Source: Balanoglossus misakiensis (lineage: Eukaryota > Animalia > Hemichordata). Taken from it: a stretch of DNA of 64,000 bases. The position numbers and the translations under genes were made by a program. Below are positions 11,593 through 24,970 of the stretch, piece by piece. Below the pieces are notes generated by a model, which had not been told where the DNA came from, did not search any database, and saw only the letters and a list, made by a program, of their open reading frames with translations. The stretch lies in NCBI GenBank assembly GCA_040954595.2, contig CM082596.2:1455854-1519853 (forward strand), read 5' to 3'. The stretch's first letter is position 1; every line of letters starts with the position of its first letter.

Positions 11593-14500
11593 ATGTCACA
11601 ACCACAACCCCATCTGAATCCAGAAATCAAGTACAAAAAGGTAATTTTTTAAGTTTTCATATATTTTACATTTTGCTTTGTCATCTAAATAGTAATGGTC
11701 AATCAGGTCACAAGTTGGACAACAGGTGCCCTGGTATTGGTTGGGACCTCACATAGAGAGAGAAAAAAGAACATCACATTCGTCCTGTCCCATCAGGGTG
11801 GCTTGATTTGTTGTACTAGTAAAAGTCCAACTGTCAGATATTTTATTACATGTCCCCCTTTAACTTTTCCACCCTATACTAGTAAATACCTAATCTGCAT
11901 TTACACAACATGACATAACAAGACTTAAACTGTTAGTGTTATGCAAAGTATCGCTACTGTATACCAATCTTTTGAAGAACTGTTATATCATGTTGCACAA
12001 TTTTCCTTTTTTCTGTTTTAAATTATTTATGGACCTTTTGTATCCGGTCTGAAATAAACCATATAGTTAGAACATTCTTGAAAATTAAATGTTAAAAATT
12101 GGATTTTAATTCCCCTTCACCTTTGTTATTGAGAACTGATGGGATTAGAACAAGTGAGAATCGTTCCCTTTCTTTCGGTATAACCGGCATCACCCAGTAT
12201 CTGATCCCTAGCTATTAAGTACAGGTCTAGTGTCAATACACTCTGCAGCAGAGATGATACAATGGATGTAACTTCATTTCCATAAGAATGCCTTTCATGT
12301 CTTACAATTCAGAAGTACAGTTCGACCTTGCAATCTGTCTCAGGGACAAGTGGTCACATTTTGTATGTAGGTCGAGGTTTAGGTTAGGGCAGGAGTGACT
12401 GTGGTTAGTGTTACATTCTGCATCCACTCGTTCTAAGGCTAATTTTAGATTTGCATACACCCAAAGCTGTGGGCATAGCATGTCTTAATAAATTGTTGTT
12501 TTAACAGTTTGGCATTTTCGGGGGGTCTAAGGTAACTGGTTGCTTCTACAAAGTGTTATAAGTAACTTCTAATCAACAATTCATGTGTGGTGAATCATGA
12601 ACAGTTAATTTGTAGAGCAAAACAACTACAGCCAGAAACTTTATTGTATTTTTGACAGATTTTCATCAATAATGAATGGCATGACTCTGTAAGTGGGAAG
12701 ACCTTTCCCTCCATCAACCCTACTACTGGAGAGAAGATCTGTGATATTGCTGAAGGAGACAAGGTGGGTATCATTTGTAGATTTTATAATGAAAGTTTGC
12801 TATAAACCAAATCCTTCCAGTACTCAATACTTTCAACAACCTCTACATTGTACTTTTTTTCGTAGGCTGATGTAGACAAGGCAGTTGCGGCTGCTAGAGT
12901 TGCTTTCAAGTTGGGATCACCATGGAGAACAATGGATGCATCAGAGCGTGGCAATCTGCTGAATAAACTGGCTGATCTTATTGAAAGAGACCGAGAGTAT
13001 ATTGCAGTGAGTGTCAAAAGTTAAACTTCAAGTTCAACAATGACAGCCAGACAGACCCAGTTACAGAATGAATAGGCATTGCGTATGTTCACACACCATG
13101 ATGATGAGCACACGTGAGCTATGTCCTAATTTTGTGTCTGTCTGTATATACATTCTATACGATATCTCAAGAACAGCAGAACAGATTGAAGTCAAACTTG
13201 GTATTCATGAGGGTTAAGTTCAGAATGGCAAGAACTTATTAGATTTTGGTGGGTGTGAAACCCACCCAGTCGTGAACCTTTGAAAAGGTCATGATTGTCA
13301 ATATAGTGAATCATTTGATCGCCTTTTGGCACAGAACAAACATTCCATTTCTGGCCCAATTTCGTCTCCCCCAAAACAGTTGACAAAAACCCTCTGGTCT
13401 GCCATGAGTGTGATCATTGTATCGCCATATATGTCAGTACACGTACTTGTCATCATTCTTCTGTGAACTTTGGATATGTCTAATCAATAAAATACTGCCC
13501 AATAGCAGAAATACCTAAATCGTTCGGGTCAAAGGGTAACTTTACTGGTTAGTGGGTGTGACTGTCGACTATGTGAACTAAATTTATTTTCCATAGTTAC
13601 AGCAAAATAATTCAGTGTCAAGTACAGGATGAGTAATACATCCATCAGAGTGATTTAAATTATTTCTAGAATAGGTGTGTTTTTAATAAAGAAACTGAGA
13701 TTTATTATCAGAGTTCCTGTGGACAGACTCTTTCACTGTGATTTATGAGGTCCGGTTTGTGTTACATTGAGTGTGCACAATGGATACAGTCTGATGATTT
13801 TGTTTTCTTCTTTCTCCACAGAGCTTGGAAACCCTGGACAATGGTAAACCATTCATGGTGGCATACCATGCTGATCTACCCCTGTCAATCAAATGTTTAA
13901 GGTAGGCGGGGCTTAAGAGACCTGGAGGATCCAAATCCTCTTGTACTCCTGGTAAATGTTACCTGGGTTCTACAGTCATTTACTGAGTTTTCCCATCATG
14001 CATGTTGAAGAGACAAACACAAGGTGCATAAGAGTTACCCCTGCATGCTAATTAACATTTTTGTAAAATTTCAGGTACTATGCTGGATGGGCAGACAAGA
14101 ATCATGGGAAAACCATTCCAATTGGTAAGTTAATTTTCATTTGATACGGTTACTTCATTATCTTGAACCCTGAATTTCATTCAATACATGGATTTTTTTT
14201 CCCTGACTATACCTGTTTTAATTTCAGATGGTGATTATTTCTGCTACACCCGCCATGAACCTGTTGGTGTTTGTGGCCAAATTATTCCGGTATGTTATTC
14301 CAAACTTAGTAGTTTTGTATCATGATCTACATTTCTACATGACAAAATAAACAGTTTCATTTACTAACAGTTTACATTTTGTGTTTTGCACAGTGGAATT
14401 TCCCATTGCTGATGCAGTGTTGGAAGTTGGGACCGGCGCTTTCTACTGGCAACACCATTGTCATGAAACCAGCTGAACAGACCCCAATCACGGCTCTCTA

Positions 14501-16478
14501 TGTGGCCTCTTTGATTGCTGAGGTAAGTCTTCACAGTTGATGTTTTTGGGGTCAGCATCTTCACGGTAGTACATGTGTGCAGGTATAGAGCTCACTTCGA
14601 ACAGCAATTAATCAGCTCAGAGGCTGTCACTAGTGTCAGCAAATGTTATTTACATGTACATCTTTATTTTGATGTCTCTAGGCTGGTTTTCCTGCTGGTG
14701 TTGTCAACATCATTCCAGGATATGGTCCCACAGCTGGTGCAGCCATCTCTGAACACATGGATGTTGATAAAGTTGCTTTCACTGGTTCTACAGAGGTACG
14801 TGTCAATCAAGTGAACAGTGAAAGATAAACAGCATTGAGGACACACTAAAAACCATAATATATGGGTTTGTGTTTACAAGATCCAATACTTATATCTTAA
14901 TATTTCTGTAAAACAATGCAGGTTGGACAGATTATTTTACAAGCGGCTGGCAAGAGTAACCTGAAGAAGGTAACCTTGGAATTGGGAGGAAAGAGTCCAA
15001 ACATCATTTTGGAGGATGCAGACTGTAAGTCTTGGACGAAGAAATTAATGCAAAATTTTCAGCAGTCGAAAGAGTACCTCTGAAAAAGTTTCATCCCCAG
15101 TTGAGACTTTAAATCCTCTTATCGCTTTTCATTTCAGTGGATGATGCTGTGGAAAAGAGCCACTTTGCTCTCTTCTTCAACCAAGGCCAGTGTTGCTGCG
15201 CTGGATCGCGTACATTTGTGCACGAAAAAGTCTACGATGAGTTTGTCAAGAGGAGTGTGGAGAGAGCTAAGAAACGTAGCGTTGGAAATCCATTTGAGCC
15301 CACCATTGAACAAGGACCCCAGGTGACCAAGATTACCACCATTAGTTCTGGTTGTGTACAGGAAATATTCACCATATGAATTACAGTCAAACCTATGTTA
15401 GTAGCCACCTCTATAAAGTGGCCACTTTGTTTAATTCCCTGTGCAATTAACATGTACTTGTCTATAAAGGCCTCCGGTCTATAAAAGGCCAATTTAGGAA
15501 CTTATTTCTTGATGGATGGTTCATGATTTCTTTACTCTCATAGGTGGATGAAGAACAGATGAATAAGATCTTGGAACTGATTGACAGCGGTAAAAAAGAA
15601 GGTGCAAGGTTGTTGATTGGTGGTGATCGCCTTGGCGACAAGGGTTACTTCGTCAATCCTACCATCTTTTCTGATGTGAAAGATGACATGAGGATTGCCA
15701 AAGAAGAGGTGTGAATGTCACTAATTAATCGATCACTTATGACTATGTCATCAATCAATCAAACTTGTTTATCATCTCCTAGCTGTCACACATCACTCAA
15801 GCTAAAATCATCAATTGTCTATACAACACATTATTAACTCAAGGCACTTTATGGCAACTCTATAGCCACATTATAATCACTTTTTGGTGCTTTAAAGCTT
15901 GTTACTGGATTACATAGCTACATTCTTAATTTTGAACTTCACAGATTTTTGGACCAGTCATGCAGCTGATGAAATTCAAAGACATCAATGAAGTGATTGA
16001 GCGTGCCAATAGAACATCTTTTGGTCTGGCTGCAGCTGTTCACACAACAGATATCAACAAAGCTATTATGATTGCAAATGGTGTCAGAGCTGGTACTGTC
16101 TGGTAAGATTCATACATCACTAAGGAAATCAGTGGGCATTTAATGATTTATTTTCATTCAGTGAAAGATATCTTTGTCCATGATTTGTCAATCTCAGTTG
16201 CTGATGACATTTACATTTGGTGGTGTTTTAATTTGCAGGGTGAATTGCTATGACGTGTTTGGGGCCCAGGCTCCATTTGGTGGATACAAAATGTCTGGCA
16301 GTGGACGTGAACTTGGAGAGTATGGTCTGGAAGCTTACACTGAAGTCAAAACTGTAAGTTTTTTTTTTCAATTATTAATAATTTATATTATTTATAATTT
16401 TCCACACTGGGACGTATTAATTTTTTCGTCTGGATTCTTTTTCAGGTGACCATACAAATACCACAGAAGAATGCTTAA
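11593..16478 (+). CDS. ALDH2: Aldehyde dehydrogenase family 1/2, ALDH2-like, 14 coding exons, about 495 aa
   Basis: Exons 11593-11640, 12659-12763, 12866-13006, 13822-13901, 14075-14124, 14228-14289, 14394-14522, 14682-14795, 14922-15024, 15138-15322, 15544-15708, 15945-16102, 16239-16353, 16446-16478. Motifs: [24 protein letters not shown] (catalytic Glu), [12 protein letters not shown] (catalytic Cys; CCC as in ALDH2), [19 protein letters not shown]2 versus ALDH1A orthology needs a tree. Confidence 0.92.
15383..15492. mobile_element. Possible Tc1/mariner-pogo-type MITE remnant in an ALDH intron
   Basis: TA followed by CAGTCAAACCT...TAG(T)AGCCACCTCT and three ctataaa(a)g(t)ggcc sub-repeats resembles non-autonomous TcMar/pogo ends. 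No matching second terminus was found. Confidence 0.35.
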
Positions 16479-17000
16479 AATAATATAATGAATGGTTCTG
16501 AGTGTCATCTATGATTAGAAATCAGTAAATGACCATAACTCAATTATTGATCAAATGTTAACCTGTCCGTGTAATAACAGGTAGCATGTGAAAGTTGGTG
16601 TAAAGATATTATTTCATGAAATTTTAATGTGTCCTGAGCGAAAAGAACAAACTATTTTGACATCATACAGACTTTAACAATCAAGACTTTTGACAGTTAT
16701 TTTAAAATGCAACTGTTCTGTTAAGAATCGTATGAAGACTGTTCTTAGAGAAGCATTTTACTGTAGTCATACTTTTTTATATTTCCTTTATTTGTGGGTA
16801 CAATTAAACGTCATTGATCAGTTGAAATGTGTGACTTGTTTCTTTCCTGCACAATACACACTTGTCTCCAAGTCCACAGTTGGTAGGGGGATTTTTACCA
16901 TCTTGTTTTGATGATGGAACTTGTTTTATTATCATGGACTAGCAAAATTTGTTTCTCCACTGAGACAACTTCCTGTAAAACAAAGGCAAGGTTTCTGTTT

Positions 17001-17203
17001 CAACTCGCTCGCGGGAGGGCGATCTAACAACTGGGCGAGATTTAGAGCAGCGCATGCGTGAGAATACTAGAATGAAAGACTGACTACAGAGCCAAGGGAT
17101 ATTTAGGTCAGGGAGTTATCTGGCAGTGAAAACCCACCTGAAGCAGTAGGTCACGAGACCTTGGGTCACTATCAACACCACTTTGCCGAAATGAGATTGT
17201 ACG
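17001..17203 (+). promoter_or_regulatory. SLC35F5 CpG-rich promoter and non-coding first exon
   Basis: CpG cluster, NRF1-like GCGCATGCGT at about 17050-17059, donor acg|gtaagt at 17203/17204, acceptor ctacag at 18148. Confidence 0.55.
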
Positions 17204-18173
17204 GTAAGTTAAAATCTAGCGTTTAATATGGCTGATCCGCTGAAATGACACGTCGTTGGCAGGGTCATGTACGTTTTACAACTCGTGATCGTCATAATTC
17301 AAATATCGATGATGTCGTAAAGAGTGTGGTGTAAATGTTTATGATCGGAATGTAGTTTTCAAGTCATGTTATGTACGTGAACAGCGTTTTATATATAAAC
17401 ACTGTCCATTTGGGAAGATAGTTCCAATTTTAACCCCGATCTGCTGAAGGAAACATATCAGATCTGAAATTTATCTTCGGAACTGAAATGTACATGTCTA
17501 ACGTGTATATCATGTACACTCCCTTCGAATACAAGGCGTCATAACATACGCGTGTCATGATGACATTCATTAAGCGTCACCAAATCCAGTCATAGGTTAA
17601 TGTTTGAATATTGCCATGGTCATATTTAAACAGATGGCATATTTACAGGAACTGATGAAAAATACTATCAATAATAAACCATAGTACTGGTAATTCTTTG
17701 CTCATTAATTCCATTTCTTTAGTGATGTACCTAACGTGTTACTGTTAAGTCAGATAACAGTTGATTGTGAGGAATTTCGTTTAAACTTGCATTTTGGTGA
17801 TATTTTGTATTTCTGTTGAATTGTAATCTTTTCATTATGAAAAGACATGGCATTGAGTTTTGCCATTCAGAATGAATGAGAAACATTTGGAGCAGTTAAA
17901 CCTGTTGTTTTTCATTGTGAATATTAATCAATAAAGCCTGTCACAGCTGGAAGGAAATTATTTTGCAGATTCAAATAATGCTCATTATCTTATTATTGGA
18001 TCAGGCAAATTGCCACAAATAATAGTATGTGTGTGTCTCTCTCACTGGTCAGTGTGGATACCAATGAGACACAGATTATTCATATCGAAATTTTTTATTT
18101 TAGTCATCGTAAACCTGATGATTTTGTACTTTTTATATCTCTCTACAGGATCAGTAGCTGAAACGTGACAAAC

Positions 18174-21100
18174 ATGGCAGTGGTGAATTCCTATAGTTTA
18201 AATGTTGGTAGAAGTCGGAGGATTACTATTGGTGTGATAACGTTACTGGTTGTGGATGTTATATGGGTTGCTTCTTCAGAGCTCACTAGAGTGAGTAGCT
18301 AACATTTAGTCTAAATTCACAATTAAATTGTTGGAAAATAATAGCAAGACGTAATTGCCATCCATGTAAATAAAATTCTTTGAACACTGTACCGTTCTCA
18401 GTGGAAAACATTTGGTTTCATAACACAAGAACCTTTTCTTAGAAACTCCACCCTTGGTCGACTTGCACCATGCGCCTGGACACGTGAAATCACAGTCATG
18501 TCTCAAACGTGCATCTTTGTTAATATTATGTAATGTGCAATGTTTAACTTCTCTCTGTCCTGTTTTATGTGACCTGCGACTGTAAATAGACGACAGTTAA
18601 GCTGATATGTAATGAAATCAGAGAAAAGCTTGTGATTGACCATAATTTTGATGGGAATAAAGTTACCGCAAAAAGTATTAGTAAATTTGAGCTCAGAATC
18701 ACTATTCAAGATCCTGGTTTTCACACACTTTATTATTCTTTTTTTCCAGTATATTTTCAAAGCTGAAGACTATGAGAAGCCTTTTTTCAGCACTTATGTC
18801 AAGACATCAATGTTCATGCTGTACTTACTGGGGTTCCTATTCTGGAGACCCTGGAGGGAACAGTGTTGTATGAGATCCAGAGCTAAAACATTAGCTTTGG
18901 TAAGACGGCCACTTTCTTATATTAAACATCTCTAACCTGTCCACCCTGAATAACTATTGGTATCACCCACAAACTTCCCCTTAGATTTTAGGTTTGTTTA
19001 GGAATTATCCAACAAATCTGCTTAGTCACCCATTTCCTTGTCTATGTCCTTGTTGTATCCGTAGCCAGTTCACAAATAAAAAAAGTTGCTGGACAGTTTT
19101 GGCTATTTGCCACAGAATTTTGCATTATTAATTCAGTGTACAAAATTAATATGATTTTAGAGGAAAGCCAAATCATTTCAAGAATATAAAGTAAAAAATT
19201 TACTATCCAAGAGAGGTTATACATAGATGTTTACATTGTAGGCATGGTAACCGTTAGTTAAACACTGACCTTTGAATAAAGTTTTCGAATTCCTCTGTGA
19301 AGCAGAACACTTTAATTAAGACTGGCGTAGACACAATTGTCAGTGTCATTACTGTAACATGTGAATAGTGATTCCTAAGGTGTTGTTTTGTGTAGCCCTG
19401 TTTAGTCACATAATGGAATCTTGGAGAGAACAGTTAGACACAGGGTTTTGTTTATTACAGTGTTGTATCACTGTAAGAAATACGGATTGTACAATGGTTA
19501 ATGTGCATAATTGATATGCAGATGAGTTCATTTGTTTTCCTGTGAATGAATCTTTGTTATCATTATTCCTTAGAAATTGGATCCTGAAATATTAACAGAA
19601 GATAGTGATGTAGAACAGAATCATGATTTGGTGAGCAACGAATAATTTACCACTTATTTGTTAAGAATGCAAATTGGATGCCTTTCATGGTAACACATGA
19701 TGTGACTGTATTTGGATAAGAGTAAACAGTCTGTTTCTATAGTGATAGACATCTACATTTCCATGACGATTGATGGTCACGTATCAGAATGTACAACACC
19801 ATGGTACTACTGAGTGATGTCTACATCCTATATGATGTCACATGGTAAAAAAATTTACATCATTATTTTTTCTGATTCCACTATTATATTTATATCTTGC
19901 AGAGTGATCCTTTGTATATACCACTGAAATATAGCGATAGTGATAAAGAGAGTTTGAGTAGCAGAAGTAGCAGTCTAAATGATCTCTCTGAAGGAGGTAA
20001 GTCTAGATCGCTTTTGTTGTCTCTAGTATCTCTCCAGCTTCATGTCATCTGCTCAGCACTGATCATCATTATATCTGCTTCATTGCCAACTCCATGACAC
20101 TATTTATCTGCACTGACTTTTATTTTACCTATGCATGGGTGAATGAAGAGATTTGACACGGACACCCAAGTATCACCTGATTTTACAAATTTTGTGTAAG
20201 ACAATCAGAAATGTGCTGTTAACATGTTCTATTTTGATTGTTTCATTTTACAGAGAAAATTAATAAAATTAACAAAAAAGGAGTAAGATTTAGCAATGTA
20301 CTTGAAGTAAGACATATGTCAGGTAAGCTGTTATTCTTCTTTAAAACTTGAAGTTCTAACTTTGCTCACTTCACCAAAAAAGGAAAAGATTACTCTCTTA
20401 TATACATTATAGAAAACAATAACACACCTATTTATGTTGTGATCTATTGATTCACTGTAGATACTCAAGCTGAAGCAGCTAAGCTGGCCAGATTGTCTTA
20501 CGCAGCATCTTTGAAAGCCAAAGAAGATGCCATCAAAGCTGCCAACAAGTTACCAGTCTGTGAGGTGGCCAAGCTTAGCCTTCTCTTTTGTTTAGTGGTA
20601 AGTTTCTGTGCTTTTGGTACAGTCTTTGTAATTAGAATCAGACACATGTTTTCTTCTCTTATAGACGCAGATAAAATGCAAATCATTAGCTACCCTCCAG
20701 GGTTATGGTTCATTTGGTAGAGATGTATACTGAATGTGAACTGTTGTCTTGTCTTGTTTGCTTGCACTAAACTTGGCTACATTGAAATTTCCTGTTTTAG
20801 TTTTTCTTAGGTAACATTTCGTATCAAGAAGCCCTAGCAGATACACAAGTCGCTGTTGTTAATATTCTTTCATCAACATCAGGTAAGAAACATTCACTCA
20901 GTGAATTTCTGTTCTTAAACATGGCAATGCTTTCCAAAACCCTATCCACAGTGCTGCTACTATGCCCTGCATAACCTTTGACATGATTTATGCCCTTTGA
21001 CTTCTTACAGGTTTGTTTACGTTGGTGTTAGCTGCCATGTTTCCAAGTTCCCATGGCGACAAGTTTACACTTACTAAGCTTGTATCAGTTCTTGTCACGT

Positions 21101-22713
21101 AAGTCTATACTTGATATCCATTCTACAATACATCTCTACCTTATCTTCACTCAGAGATTTCAAACTTCATATAAAATGCTAAAAATTCAATACAACCCAC
21201 CAAAGACAATGGGGTGAACATTTTCCGTATTACAAGTATTGGATATGTTATTTATTACAGTATTGAATGCATTTTGTATTACAGTATCGCTGGCATTGTA
21301 CTTGTATGTTTGTCAGAGAATTCTGTTCAAGAAGACCATGTACAACTTGGTGCACTCTGGGCACTTTGTGGTGCTCTCTTGTATGCTGTCTACCTTGTCA
21401 TGTTAAAAAGAAAAGTGGACAATGAAGAGAGAATTGATATTCCAATGTTCTTTGGTAAGCATAAGTGCATACATAGTATTGTCTTTAGTCTTTGTACTAC
21501 TGCTGGTACGACATTCTTGACTATCAAACTTCAATAAAAATATCAATTGCACATGAGTAGTGATTTGAAGGTTGAATTATAAATAGAAAGAAAATATTCC
21601 TTTATGCTTAAAGTTGTCTGCCTCTATTTAATTAATGTCTTTTCACATGCTTTTATGTAAAGTTATATAAGCAAGTAAATATAATGATTGGACAGCCAGG
21701 CTACTGTGTCACTGTATTTTTCAATTTTAATGTCTGTAATTTATAACACCTAAAAAAAGTAAAATAACCTAGTTAAATATGTACAACAGAGCATCTAGGT
21801 TACATTCTGACATGCATGCATGACAACTTGTAACAAATTATGTTTTTCTTCTTCTAGGTTTTGTTGGTTTATTCACCCTTATATTGCTATGGCCGGGATT
21901 TTTCCTTTTAAATTATACCCACTGGGAAGGGTTTCAACTGCCGAGTAAAATGGCCATGTTGTATCTAGCTGTCAATGGTCTTGTGGGTACAGTGCTTTCA
22001 GAATTCCTTTGGTTATGGTGAGTATTCACTATTTCGATATTGTCAGTCTTTTTATATAAGGTTCATTTCTTGATGCAGACATCTTAATAGAATCACCAAA
22101 CAACTTACATCGAAAATAATGGCGGCTTTTATTGTTTTATTTCAGGGGATGTTTTCTGACATCGTCTCTCATAGCAACCCTATCCCTTAGTCTGACCATT
22201 CCACTTTCCATGTTGCTGGATATTATGATGAATAAAGTAAGTGGGTTAAAATTTCCCCTTTCTGTAAAAAGTATGCTCATAATGGTTAAGTTTTTAACTT
22301 CTCAGAAAGTTTGGAAACTAAATTCTGCATATGTTTCTTTTATAGGTGGTCTTTAATTGGATGTTTTTTGCTGGGACTGTGCCAGTGTTTTTATCCTTCT
22401 TCGTAGTTGCACTGCTCAGTCATTACGATGACTGGGATCCCGTCCTGCTTGGGTTAAAACATCTCATATTTTGTATTTATCGCAAAAGAACAACTGTCAG
22501 GTAAGTGTGCCTTTCAATGGTTATTTGTTAGCACCATTAGAAGCCAAGGCCTGTATTTGAAATGGTCCCTGTCTCTATCCACGTCATAATTAAATGTAAA
22601 CTTCTCTCTTGATATTTTGTAGGATACCAGAAGATAAAGAACAAAGAGAAGGCTTGATCAGTATGCACAACATGAGGGAAAGTAAAGATGGCATGGAATG
22701 TTGCTCAAGCTAA
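18174..22713 (+). CDS. SLC35F5: Solute carrier family 35 member F5 (DMT/EamA fold), 13 coding exons
   Basis: Spliced exons give [88 protein letters not shown] and [32 protein letters not shown]; stop TAA at 22711-22713. Confidence 0.95.
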
Positions 22714-24970
22714 ATCACTGATAACTTCTTGAGAGACGTCTTTCACATAGCCACATCCAGACAGCTGTGCAGAATAGCCATCCTGTGATGGAACACTCCT
22801 GAAAGGCTGAATAGGGTTTACCCCAGCATGTTGTATCATGGGGAGATTTTCTTTGGTCAAACCAGCATAATTCTTTCACCACAACTGTGAATTGCAACCT
22901 CATATAAATCATGTATATATGTGATATGATACAATAAATAGCATTATGTGAATTAGGAGTTTTTGAAGGGCAAATTTGAAAGGTGCTGTCGGTAAAGATT
23001 TATTAGTCTTGCTTATGTTTCATCGAAGTTTTGAGTTTGATTTAAACACCAACTCAAGAACTGTGGCATCAACAAAAGAAAAGTACTAACATGATGCAAA
23101 TCCTGAGTGTACATAGATTTTCTGTTGAACATAATCTCACTGCATGAAGCATATCACTTGATGTTAGAGGTCAAGTCACATTAGAGGTGACAGGGTTTAA
23201 GTGCATTACAATCTAACTTATTTTCTTACATGTCGCACAAGTCTTAAAGTGAACACACTTTTGCCTTTACAATTTGATGCAAGTGAAACAAAGATTTTCA
23301 GTTCACCCCCAAAAAAGTATTTTATCGCCTTTTTTAAAATACAGTGTCTCCCATTTGCAGGTACAATGACGTAACTGTCTCTTTTTTGATTGAAAATCAA
23401 CTCAGTCTGTGGCCAGATATAGAGGTGATGATTTCAATCAGTTTTTGGCTAGATAAGGGATTGTTTCATTTCAAGGGCAGGTGTCAAATCATACTGAACA
23501 ATTTGGAATAATTGACATCTCATCACGCCATATTGCGGCAATGAAAACGAAACTCATGATCTTTGACAACCTGGTCCATTTTGAGATTCAGGGGAAAATG
23601 CCACATAGTGACCTAGGGAAAAAATGATGTCTATGTTTATATGGGAACCCTTTTGTCAACTTGAAAATCCCTAAAAGGTTATCCCACCTATTATAACATT
23701 CCTGCCATTAAAATAATGAAATCATAGTTAGTTGAATACTTTCTGATGTGGGAGACGGATGTAAATAACGTAATTTATCAAATGTAAATAATTATTTTAT
23801 TCACTAGATATATTTCCTAGCTGTCATTATTTCAGATGTAATGTTAATGTAACTTTGGTTTATAGTACAAGGCACAGTAAAAAACTGGTGGTTTAGAAAT
23901 GAGTTACTTATGATGGTACTTGGTCGTACTAACCTGAGTATTGTATGAACCCTGTAATTTTCATATTATCTCTGTACAGATGGAAATATGAGTTGCACAT
24001 TGTATCATATTTATTCAGATGCAATTTGTAAACATAGGTTGTACTGTATCTGTTACTGTTAGATTACAACATGCTTTAATATTTTCACAAATGATTTAAG
24101 GTCATTCATCATACATGCTTTTATATGATGATCAGTAGTTTACAACGGCTTTGTGCAATAGTCGTGGGTTTGCAAAATCAGCATTTGGACAAGTTCCACA
24201 ACATATTGCAACACGTATCAAATCTTGTTTTCAAACTTTATTTTACAGCTGAGCTGAAAATCAATGTGTATTTTATATGCAGGACTGTGATGTTAAAACA
24301 AAAAATACTTGTGATACTTTAAGTAGTAGAAGCTTAGTTTTTGCATTCACCATGCAGGTCATATTGATCTGTTCAGGTCACAATATTGATCAACATACTA
24401 AAATCATTCTCATTTAGTCTTCCTATCAATGTACAAAGTGTGCATGAATAAACACGTAATATTAAACTTATACTGTTGTCTTGTGTTCAGTCTCTGAAGT
24501 AATTTTTAAGGTCACAAAAGTCTTGACTAAGATGATTAGAAAGCAATCTTGTTACATCATGTTACAATACCCTGTGAAATATTTAATATTAGTATACAGT
24601 ACTTAAGTACCAAGTGCTTTTCTGACCCTCAAGCCTACAGTAAGTCATCATGTGGCTGTACACACGCCCTCATAACAATCTTTTCTGACTGTACGTTGGT
24701 GGCGCTCTTAGTCTTACAAATGATGGCGCACAAACACACTGCTGGATAAATCCCAGCCTTTTGTTGATTAAGTCATTTAAAATAATCCCAATTACCTTAA
24801 AATTGTCTGAATGAGTTTAAGGTGTGTAATACGAATATCCAAAAGTTAGAATGTTAACACAACCTGTCCAACAAATCTATTGTTATGAACCAAAATGGTA
24901 AACTGTAAAACTGTTTCCAGCATTTCAAAACTATGTCACTAAACATTTAAGAGTTCTAAGGCTGACGCAC

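Noticed and set aside
20086-20099. Reverse-strand tgtcatggagttg, matching the 5' part of miR-281
   Set aside because: 13-nt match only, antisense within an SLC35F5 intron, and no star arm.
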